DNA of 64,000 nucleotides from Thermoanaerobaculia bacterium. Lineage in GTDB: Bacteria; Acidobacteriota; Thermoanaerobaculia; Gp7-AA8. The stretch's first letter is position 1. Each line of letters starts with the position of its first letter. Under the pieces are notes generated by a model. It worked only from the letters and a program-made list of their open reading frames with translations. It did not search any database and was not told where the DNA came from. The stretch is from positions 5,257-69,256 of the forward strand of contig DATLXH010000128.1 in assembly GCA_035576005.1 (NCBI GenBank), given 5' to 3'. A program made the position numbers and the translations under genes. Shown here one piece after another: positions 1 to 7,620 of this stretch.

Positions 1-697
1 TTGCTCGGGTGACGCCGAGAGCCGTATGTGCAATCGCAAGAGAGCCCTGCCACGATGCGACTACGCCGCGCTGTAGGACATACGGAAGCCGATGCAACTG
101 AGTAAGCAGCCGCTCGACATCAGCAGCAATCTTCGCTGCGTGATCGTCGGCGACGACGCCGGGCTTCTCGCCGAGCAGCCACGGTGGCTCGGCCGCGAGC
201 GTCAGCTCGGCTCCATCTTCCACGTTAAAGACGTGCCATTGCATCAAGAAGACGCCGCCAAGGCGCTTTTGGTACGACCACGTCATCGTGGCGCGGTACG
301 ACCGGTCGTCGTAGCTGAACGTTGGCGATTTCCAGCCGTGCCGGCCTGCGTAGTTGTTTACGCCCGACCACTTTGATGCGATCGCGCTTGGTTTCTTGAT
401 GGGACCTTTTTGCACCGCTGCGTCCGGATTCGGTCCCAGCCGCTCCTCCGCGTCTGCCGACAGCGTGATCAGTGCACGGTCTGTCGCGCGGATCGCTGCA
501 GCAGCAGTGCGTGAAGCTTCGTTCCTGCACTCCTCGATAAGCGCGCAAAACAGTCGGTCGCCCGCCGCGTTCGGGCGCAGCAGTCCGTGCTGCTTGCGGT
601 ACATGTCGATGGCATTGCCAAGGACTGGAAGCAGCCAGTCAATCCGCTCATGCCGACTGATGTCGGCGCGGCTCTTTCCCTCTCGCTCTCTTGGCAT
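1..697 (-). CDS. hypothetical protein; 3' end runs off the left window edge (start ATG at 697, 232+ codons without stop)
   Basis: Stop-free minus-strand frame from the ATG (rc of cat at 695-697) to position 1, with GC-rich third positions. The plus-strand ORFs covering this region (92..376, 354..710) are short and in other frames. It was not in the ORF track because it is edge-truncated. Confidence 0.45.
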   Translation of the reverse strand, partial: MPREREGKSRADISRHERIDWLLPVLGNAIDMYRKQHGLLRPNAAGDRLFCALIEECRNEASRTAAAAIRATDRALITLSADAEERLGPNPDAAVQKGPIKKPSAIASKWSGVNNYAGRHGWKSPTFSYDDRSYRATMTWSYQKRLGGVFLMQWHVFNVEDGAELTLAAEPPWLLGEKPGVVADDHAAKIAADVERLLTQLHRLPYVLQRGVVASWQGSLAIAHTALGVTRA

Positions 698-967
698 GTT
701 CTCGATGTGACTGCGTGTCGCCCATGTGACGGTCACATGCGGCTCACATGGAAAGTGTGGCCACGTACCGGTCGACGCCCTCTCCCTGCCCGCCTAGTCT
801 CGCATTTATCGATTCTCGGTGCATCGAGGACGAGAGATCGGTACCAGAAGGAGGCGAGCAGCAAAAGTTTAACCCCCCGGCCGCACGAACGGTCAGGGGG
901 TTCGGAGGCAAGCGCCGCCGGCGCTTCACACATTCATCCCACAACCCTTTTGAAGTGGAGAGAAAAG

Positions 968-1309
968 ATGAACATGCTTCAGCGCGTTGGTAATGATGTA
1001 CCCGGTCAGGTTGAACCTGTCAAACCGAGACAGGTCTATCCCACCGGTGAGCCACTTTATGACGTCGACGACTTGGATGCGCGTGCCGACGCGAATCTCC
1101 GTCGCGGCAACGGAATCATCGACGAGATCGTCTACCCGCGTCTTGCCGCAAGGGGCGTATCGAAAGCCGATTACCACCGCGTGGTGATGGGCATGGTCAG
1201 GTCAATCCAGTGGTCCCGCGAGTTCGGCGGCCCCACCGCGAAGCTTCTTGGAGTCGTCCCCAGCGGTCTCAACGGAACTGCCGCCGAGCCGAAGGTGTGC
1301 AAGTGCTGA
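968..1309 (+). CDS. hypothetical small protein (113 aa)
   Basis: ATG at 968 preceded by a GGAGAGAAAAG RBS-like stretch. This is the protein-like C-terminal part of track ORF 587..1309. Its stop overlaps the next gene start. Confidence 0.4.
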   Translation: MNMLQRVGNDVPGQVEPVKPRQVYPTGEPLYDVDDLDARADANLRRGNGIIDEIVYPRLAARGVSKADYHRVVMGMVRSIQWSREFGGPTAKLLGVVPSGLNGTAAEPKVCKC

Positions 1310-2190
1310 CGCCGATCGATTATAGCCACTCTGTGGGTGCCGCCGGAGGGCGGCCCCCACTCCGCTCCCTGCTTCTTGCCCTGCTTCTACTCAGTGCATC
1401 GCTTGTTCTGGCCTGCGCGCCGAAAACCGCCGTCGGCGGGGCCGCTGCTATCCCAGGGGCGCAGGCGAGTAACGCGTTGCCAGCCAGCAACTCGCCGACA
1501 TCGCAGACGACGCTGTCGAGGCCGTGCGTCGGCTGGCCGAAGCGTGCGGCGATCCTCTTTGATCAGTCCTCATCGACCGGCCAGACCCGCACCGAGCATC
1601 CGGCTGTCCAACAGCTCGACCCACTGATCGATTGCTCCATCCGTTCTGGCGGAGAACTCATCGTCGGTTCGATCCGTGACACATCAAACGAGACGCTCAC
1701 GCGCCTGCTCGTCTCGCCCGGCCCGGTCCGGCCGACGCCCACGCCGACAACCAACAACGCGGTCCTCGACTACGACAGTGCAGCAGCCTTCGAAGCGGAA
1801 CTCGCAGCGTTCAACGTTCGTGAGGCTGCGTGGCAGGCTCGAGTGACGGTGAACGTTGCCCAATTTCGCAAGTTGACGGCCGAGTTGCTGGCGAGGCGGG
1901 CGGACGCAACGGCAACCGCGCTCGCCGAGGCCGTCACGCGAGCGTATGTAGCATTGGATGAACCCACCCCGTTTGCGTGGTTGGAGAACGCAGAGCGGGT
2001 GCTCGTGCTCGTGACCGACGGTGACCAGACCGCGAGCTCTCGCGTCGTTCCGATGCCGGCGCGACCCACCACCGTGTATGCCGTGAACGGTGACGGTCGT
2101 CGCGTCGATCTGCAGCACCTCAGCCCAATTCCCTTCGAGTCCTTTGATCGGGCGGTCGTCTCGCTCACCGGAGGACGCGATGATCAGTAA
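1303..2190 (+). CDS. von Willebrand factor A (vWA) domain lipoprotein
   Basis: GTG start with signal plus lipobox (LLLLSASLVLAC). It has the MIDAS motif DxSxS (FDQSSSTG) and a later LVLVTDGDQT motif typical of vWA domains. Confidence 0.6.
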   Translation: MLTPIDYSHSVGAAGGRPPLRSLLLALLLLSASLVLACAPKTAVGGAAAIPGAQASNALPASNSPTSQTTLSRPCVGWPKRAAILFDQSSSTGQTRTEHPAVQQLDPLIDCSIRSGGELIVGSIRDTSNETLTRLLVSPGPVRPTPTPTTNNAVLDYDSAAAFEAELAAFNVREAAWQARVTVNVAQFRKLTAELLARRADATATALAEAVTRAYVALDEPTPFAWLENAERVLVLVTDGDQTASSRVVPMPARPTTVYAVNGDGRRVDLQHLSPIPFESFDRAVVSLTGGRDDQ

Positions 2191-3085
2191 GGAGGCAATC
2201 TACGCCGCTCTGGTCACGCTGGCCCGGACGATTGTTCGTGCGGGGCGTGAGACGCTCGACTCGATCAGTCGCGCCGAGTCAGCGACGGACCGGCTCGAAC
2301 GATTCGTGCAGCTTCATGCTGCCAGCCTTGCGATGTGGGCCGAGAAGAAGTCGACCTTCATCGGCTTTCTGATCAAGCTCGCAGTCGCTTTCGCGACCGA
2401 CTTCGCGCTGCTCGAGCCGCTCGCCCGGGCGCTGGTCATCCGCATCATCCCTGGGGCCGAGATCGCGGCGACGGTCGCGGCGATCTTTGCGCCGATTCCG
2501 GTGATCGTCGCGGAGTGCTTCATCGCCGTGAAGTACGCGAAGGCGAAGGAGTGGGAGGGCCGCCTCGGCACCACGGCGCACTCCGGACGCTGGCTGGCCC
2601 TCGGGCTGATCGTCGCGGCCATCCCGGCCACGCTCGTGCTCGCGCTCGGAATGATGTCGACGGTCACTGCTGCTGCTCTCGGATGGGCGGCGCTGGCAGG
2701 CCGTCAGGCACTCAACATCGTGCTGGCGCTCGTGTCGGTAACGTTGCACGTGCTGGTCGTCTTCAGCGGGACGACGCCGAGCGATTTCGTAAAGGCGGTC
2801 GACGCGGTGATCGGAAAGATTCGCCGCCAGAAGATCGTCGACAACGCCTGGGAACTCGTGAGGGTGAAATACAACGCCACCCTCGCCCTCGCCTCCAGGT
2901 ACGAGAACGCGAGGACGGAGCACGACGGCGTGCACGGAGTGGTTGCCGTGTATCCCTTTCCCGAAAGCGTCCTGAAGCTCATCCGGCGGGAGTTGCCCAA
3001 TTTCGGGCGGCCGAGAAAAGGCAGCGACCTGCCCTTCATCCCGATCGACCCGGACGATGAGCCCGAGCAGCCGGTCTACCACTGA
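2180..3085 (+). CDS. polytopic membrane protein, hypothetical (cargo partner of the vWA lipoprotein)
   Basis: ATG at 2180 with a GGAGGA RBS at 2170-2175. It has 4-bp overlap coupling with the upstream gene and several hydrophobic helices. Confidence 0.5.
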   Translation: MISKEAIYAALVTLARTIVRAGRETLDSISRAESATDRLERFVQLHAASLAMWAEKKSTFIGFLIKLAVAFATDFALLEPLARALVIRIIPGAEIAATVAAIFAPIPVIVAECFIAVKYAKAKEWEGRLGTTAHSGRWLALGLIVAAIPATLVLALGMMSTVTAAALGWAALAGRQALNIVLALVSVTLHVLVVFSGTTPSDFVKAVDAVIGKIRRQKIVDNAWELVRVKYNATLALASRYENARTEHDGVHGVVAVYPFPESVLKLIRRELPNFGRPRKGSDLPFIPIDPDDEPEQPVYH

Positions 3086-3167
3086 GGCAGCTGGGGAGCG
3101 TGAACACTGCGCTCCCCAGCAGCTTCGACCTTCACTCCACGACAGGGAGAGCCCTGTCCTGCAGCGA

Positions 3168-3368
3168 ATGCCGAAGCGATCCCTGGAAGCGGATGCCCGC
3201 GCGGCACTTGAAGCGCGCAGAGCGGCACCGTTCGACGACGAGGAGTGGTCAGTGGCACGCGAGCGACTCTTGGAGTTCTTCGCGTTGCTTGGCCGCTGGG
3301 CCGACCGACATGCAAATGCCGAATCGATCGGCGACAATGCCTCGACGCCGGAGAGGAGATCGAATTGA
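3168..3368 (+). CDS. small hypothetical protein (67 aa) upstream of the recombinase; possible Xis/regulatory protein
   Basis: ATG at 3168. Its TGA overlaps the recombinase ATG (TGATG coupling). Basic and acidic helical composition. Confidence 0.3.
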   Translation: MPKRSLEADARAALEARRAAPFDDEEWSVARERLLEFFALLGRWADRHANAESIGDNASTPERRSN

Positions 3369-4996
3369 TGGCTGAGAACAAGGTCAATGCGGTGCTGTAC
3401 GTTCGCGTGAGCAGCCGAGAGCAGGCGATCGAGGGCTACTCCATCGAGGCGCAGCGCCGGTTTCTCGTGCAGCATGCGGCGGCCGCCGGATTCCAGATCG
3501 TCGCTGAGTTCAGCGATGAGGAGACCGCCAAAACCACCGGCCGGCCAGGCTTCGAAGCACTTTTGGCGTACATTCGCTCGCGTTCGGATGTGCGGACCAT
3601 CCTGGTCGAGAAAACGGACCGACTGCTGCGGAACTTTCGCGATTTCATCACGATCGATGAAGCAGAGATCGACGTCGTCTTCGCAAAAGAAGGCACCACC
3701 TTCGGTCCGAACAGCCACTCGTCGCAGCGATTTCTGCAGACGATCAAGGTCGGCATGGCCAGGCACTACATCGAGAACCTGAGCGAGGAAGTGAAGAAAG
3801 GTCTCCATGAGAAATGCCGCCTCGACGGTGCATGGCCCGCGCTCGCGCCGCTCGGGTATCGGAATGTCAGCGACGCATTCGGGATCGCTCCTGATCCGGT
3901 CAAAGCGCCGCTCGTGAAGCAGCTCTTCGAAGAGGCGGCGCGTGGCGACAGGAGTCATCGCACACTAGCGGCCTTCGCGTATGACATCGGTCTCCGGACG
4001 CGGGATGGTCATCGCATCGGGAAGAGCCATATCGCGAAGATCATCAGTAACCCGCTCTACGCTGGCCAGTTCTCGTGGGGCGGCAAACAGTACGAAGGTA
4101 AGTACGAGCCGCTGGTGACGACGACGCTGTTCCATCGGGTGCAGCACGCACTCTCCGCGAAGAGCAAGAGCAAGACACGAAAGTTCCTTTTTCCGCTTTC
4201 CGGTCTGCTTTCTTGCGGTGTCTGTGGCGGTCGCATGTCCGGCGACTTGAAGGTGAAAGTCACATCCAAAGCCCGCCATGAATTCGTGTACTACAGCTGC
4301 GGTGGCCGAATGGGGTGTCGCGAGTATTTCCCTGAGCGGATCTTCGAAACAAAGATCGTCTCGATCCTCGATTCTCTCAAACTCGACGGCGCTGTCTCGG
4401 CCTGGATCGGTGAAGAGTTGGCGCGGTGGTATGACACATCCACCGAGCAGGAACAGGTAGAAAAGGAACGGCGCGAGCGGCGAATCGGGCAGCTTCGGAC
4501 GCGGATGCGGAAGGCCTGGGAAGAGAAGGAAGAGGGGACGCTCGATGCCGGCAGCTACCGCTCGTTCGTCTCCGATTGGCAGGCGGAGATCGACGAGCTG
4601 CTCCGCTCGATGACGATGGCGCGGCCCACGGTCAGCCGAGGCGCATTTCTGCGGGCGGGTGCAGCGCCTCTCGAACTCCTGCAAGCTGCACCGGCTCTGT
4701 ACGTTACGCAATCCCGTGAGGAGAAGAACGCTCTCTGCAAAATCGTCTTCTCGAACCTCACTGTGGCGAAGGACGATGGCGAGGCAAGTCTCTCAGCCGA
4801 CTTGTGTTCGCCGTTCGACGCACTGGTCGGGATCGGCACGCTTCCACCCGGAAGTGGAGATTGGCTGGGGAGGAAGGATTCGAACCTTCGAATGTCGGCT
4901 CCAAAGGCCGATGCCTTACCACTTGGCGACTCCCCAACGAAGTGCAGAATGCACCGTCACGAATCGAAATTTCGGATGGGTGGCTACGCAGTGTAG
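3368..4996 (+). CDS. large serine recombinase (resolvase/invertase N-domain + recombinase domain + zinc ribbon); 3' ~45 codons are antisense of tRNA-Gln
   Basis: N-terminal VLYVRVSSREQ catalytic Ser motif, followed by recombinase-domain and CxxC...C zinc-ribbon segments. The frame has no stop until 4996 and therefore reads through 4862-4936 (tRNA antisense). The true C-terminus is uncertain. Confidence 0.85.
   Translation: MAENKVNAVLYVRVSSREQAIEGYSIEAQRRFLVQHAAAAGFQIVAEFSDEETAKTTGRPGFEALLAYIRSRSDVRTILVEKTDRLLRNFRDFITIDEAEIDVVFAKEGTTFGPNSHSSQRFLQTIKVGMARHYIENLSEEVKKGLHEKCRLDGAWPALAPLGYRNVSDAFGIAPDPVKAPLVKQLFEEAARGDRSHRTLAAFAYDIGLRTRDGHRIGKSHIAKIISNPLYAGQFSWGGKQYEGKYEPLVTTTLFHRVQHALSAKSKSKTRKFLFPLSGLLSCGVCGGRMSGDLKVKVTSKARHEFVYYSCGGRMGCREYFPERIFETKIVSILDSLKLDGAVSAWIGEELARWYDTSTEQEQVEKERRERRIGQLRTRMRKAWEEKEEGTLDAGSYRSFVSDWQAEIDELLRSMTMARPTVSRGAFLRAGAAPLELLQAAPALYVTQSREEKNALCKIVFSNLTVAKDDGEASLSADLCSPFDALVGIGTLPPGSGDWLGRKDSNLRMSAPKADALPLGDSPTKCRMHRHESKFRMGGYAV
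4862..4936 (-). tRNA. tRNA-Gln (anticodon TTG)
   Basis: rc = TGGGGAGTCGCCAAGTGGTAAGGCATCGGCCTTTGGAGCCGACATTCGAAGGTTCGAATCCTTCCTCCCCAGCCA. 7-bp acceptor stem, D-arm GCCAAGTGGTAAGGC (Gln-like), anticodon stem TCGGC/GCCGA with loop CTTTGGA (anticodon TTG), T-arm GAAGGTTCGAATCCTTC, encoded CCA. Confidence 0.85.
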
Positions 4997-5060
4997 ATGA
5001 GCGAAGTCCTGCAAGCCGCGAAACTGTAATCCCCCTCTCCCGGCGGGAGAGGGGCTAGGG

Positions 5061-5528
5061 GTGAGGGTCTCACACCCGAGGTACGATCGTAATGTGAACC
5101 ATGAACCGCTGAAACTACGTGAGCAAGCACGAGAGCTGCGAAGGCGAGAAACGTCCGCAGAGTCCGCGATGTGGAAGAACCTCCGACGTCGAGGTTTCCT
5201 CGGACTCAAGTTCAGAAGACAGCACGAAGTTGGCAGGTATATCGTTGATTTCTTCTGCGAGGAACTCAAGCTGGCGATCGAGCTTGATGGCGCGTCACAC
5301 TTCGAGCCTGCGGTGATTGAGCTTGATGCAAAACGAACTCGCGTTTTGCAGCAGTTCGGAATCACTGTAATCCGAATCGAGAACGAGGAGTTCTTAGTGA
5401 ACGGTGGGTTGGTGATGGAGAGGATTCGAGACATCGTCGTGCAGCTCAGCAGGGACCCTCACCCGCCGCTCGACGCGGCACCCTCTCCCGCGGGGAGAGG
5501 GGAGCGGCCAGAGCCGGGCTTCACCTGA
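5061..5528 (+). CDS. DUF559 (very-short-patch-repair-like endonuclease fold) domain protein
   Basis: WKNLRRRGFLGLKFRRQHEVGRYIVDFFC...ELDGASH...RTRVLQQFGITVIRIENEE is the typical DUF559 signature. GTG start at 5061, or internal ATG at 5166. Flanked by inverted REP-like palindromes. Confidence 0.65.
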   Translation: MRVSHPRYDRNVNHEPLKLREQARELRRRETSAESAMWKNLRRRGFLGLKFRRQHEVGRYIVDFFCEELKLAIELDGASHFEPAVIELDAKRTRVLQQFGITVIRIENEEFLVNGGLVMERIRDIVVQLSRDPHPPLDAAPSPAGRGERPEPGFT

Positions 5529-5540
5529 TCCGCGAGCGGG

Positions 5541-7511
5541 CTAGACCGCCTTCTCGAGTCTTGCGGTCACGCGCACCAGATCCTCGTGTGACCCGACCAG
5601 AATCAGCGTATCGCCTGCAACGATTCTCTCCTCCTGCGGTGGGGGAGAGATCGGCTTCCCGTCGCGAATGACTACCGGGACCGCAATATGGTCTTGCTCG
5701 AGCTGCAGCTCCGCGAACGTTTTCCCTTCCACGAAGCTGTCGGGCATCGCGAGAAATGTCTCCGACGTCCCCGCGCCCATAATCGCGGAGAGCCGTCTCC
5801 CTTCGCTCGTGCGACCTTCCGGATCACGAAGCATTCTGTACCCTTCGTCGCGAAGAATCCTCAGCTGAGCCGCGACGATGTTGCCTGGGAGTCTGAACAC
5901 TCGGAGAGCTCTGACAACGATCTCGATCGAAGTCTCGAACTCCTCGGGGATGACCTCATCAGCCCCGAGCGCCCGGAGCGCGTCGACTTCGGCGACGTAT
6001 CGAGTTCGCACGATGAGCCGGACGGTTGGACTGATGCCGCGCACGGTTTTCACGATTCGTCGCGTCCCATCAGAGTCTGAGATCGCAACGATGACGGCCA
6101 GAGCCCGCTCGACGCCCGCACTCGACAGACCGTCGGGATCCGCCCCGTCCGTCAGAATGACTTTACTTCCGGCTAGCCGCGCTGCCGCCGCCCGTTCCAC
6201 ATCTTCTTCGAGTACGACGTGAGGAATGCCCGTCTGTGAAAGCACGCGCGCGACATTCTGTCCGTTGAGACCATATCCGACGATCACGATATGGCTGCGC
6301 AGGTCATGGCCTTCATCCGTCTCCGTGGGCTCTTCTCGCGATCGAAATCGCTCGGAAAGAATCGTGCCGGCGGAGATCAGCAGAGGTGCGCCGGCCAGAG
6401 TGATGACGGCCGTCGAGATGAACAGCTGCTCCTCCCACGGACCCAGAATCCGGTACTCTTTCGCCGCCTGGGAAAGCAGAAATGAGAACTCGCCTACCGG
6501 AGCGATCGCAAAAGCAGCGCGAATCGACGTTCTCGGCAACGACGCAGACGACCTGATGGCAGGGTAGGCCGCGAGAACTTTAATGGCGACCGCCGCGAGT
6601 ACCGTCCCTATGACGAGCAGCGGATTCCCTGCGACGAATCGAGGATCCAGAAGCATCCCGATGGACGCGAAGAAGAGAGCGGAGAGGAAGTCACGAAACG
6701 GCCGGAGGATGGCGAAGATCTCATGGACGTAATCTGTCTCGGCGATCACAACGCCGGCCGCAAAAGCGCCGAGCGCTGCTGAAATGCCGAGCTGGTGTGT
6801 GAGGGCGATCGTGGCGACGATCAACACGATCGCGGCGGCCGTGAAACTCTCGCGAGTCCCGAGGCGCGCGATCAGCTCGAACAGCCTCGGGACGATAAAT
6901 CGCGCCACAGCGACGAGCACCACCACGCCGACGATGGCGAGGGTCACGCGTATGACCACCTGATCGAGGGGCGGAGCGCTGTCCGCTCCGATCGCAAAGG
7001 CGGGGACCAGCAGCATGAGAGGGATGACCGCAAAATCCTGAAAGATCGATACCCCGAGGAACTTTCGTGCGAAGGGTGCTCCCATCTCGTCCCGCGTTGC
7101 AAGAATGGGCAGGACCACGGCCGTCGAGCTCAGAGAGACCAGAAGTCCGTAGAAGACGCCGAGATGCAGCGGGATGTTGAGAAGCATCGACGCGCCAGTG
7201 ACGATCAGAACCGTAAAGATCATCTGAAGGCTGCCGGAGACCAGCGTGGTTCGCCCGAGGGCGCGGACACGCTCGAGAGGGATGTGAAGGCCTATGAAGA
7301 AGAGGATCAGTGCGACCCCGAGCTCTGCGATGGTCTCCACCTGGGCAGTGTCATCGATCCACGCAAGGGCATGCGGGCCGATCACCACTCCTGTCACGAG
7401 ATAGCTGAAGACCGCCGGCAGCTTGAGCCTTCTGGCCAGGAACTGGATCGGAAACGCCGCCGTCAAAATGATGGCGACATCAATAAGAAGGTGTTGGTCC
7501 TGCATCGTCAC
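5541..7511 (-). CDS. kefB: CPA2-family monovalent cation:proton antiporter (KefB/KefC-like K+ efflux) with RCK (TrkA-N/TrkA-C) domains
   Basis: Multi-TM N-half followed by HIVIVGYGLNGQNVARVL Rossmann (TrkA-N) and a C-terminal TrkA-C-like segment. Length 656 aa. Confidence 0.85.
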   Translation of the reverse strand: MTMQDQHLLIDVAIILTAAFPIQFLARRLKLPAVFSYLVTGVVIGPHALAWIDDTAQVETIAELGVALILFFIGLHIPLERVRALGRTTLVSGSLQMIFTVLIVTGASMLLNIPLHLGVFYGLLVSLSSTAVVLPILATRDEMGAPFARKFLGVSIFQDFAVIPLMLLVPAFAIGADSAPPLDQVVIRVTLAIVGVVVLVAVARFIVPRLFELIARLGTRESFTAAAIVLIVATIALTHQLGISAALGAFAAGVVIAETDYVHEIFAILRPFRDFLSALFFASIGMLLDPRFVAGNPLLVIGTVLAAVAIKVLAAYPAIRSSASLPRTSIRAAFAIAPVGEFSFLLSQAAKEYRILGPWEEQLFISTAVITLAGAPLLISAGTILSERFRSREEPTETDEGHDLRSHIVIVGYGLNGQNVARVLSQTGIPHVVLEEDVERAAAARLAGSKVILTDGADPDGLSSAGVERALAVIVAISDSDGTRRIVKTVRGISPTVRLIVRTRYVAEVDALRALGADEVIPEEFETSIEIVVRALRVFRLPGNIVAAQLRILRDEGYRMLRDPEGRTSEGRRLSAIMGAGTSETFLAMPDSFVEGKTFAELQLEQDHIAVPVVIRDGKPISPPPQEERIVAGDTLILVGSHEDLVRVTARLEKAV

Positions 7512-7620
7512 ACATTCTACAGTCGCGTTCCTTCAGGTCGGATTGGTCTCTCCCGCTAGCTAGCCCGCACTCGAGGACGCACCGTTGAGGTATCCTCGTC
7601 GCTCGATCGAGGAGGCTTTG

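Noticed and set aside
92-710. Plus-strand track ORFs 92..376 and 354..710
   Set aside because: They are short, overlapping, and in different frames with no domain-like sequence. A 232-codon stop-free minus-strand frame with a clean ATG at 697 explains the region better.
2279-3958. 559-aa minus-strand ORF
   Set aside because: It is antisense to the membrane-protein and serine-recombinase genes. Its Arg/Asp/Gly-rich low-complexity translation is typical of spurious antisense ORFs in high-GC DNA.
6795-7559. 254-aa plus-strand ORF
   Set aside because: It is antisense to the KefB-like gene, and its highly charged repetitive translation (DRGDDQHDRGG...) is not protein-like.
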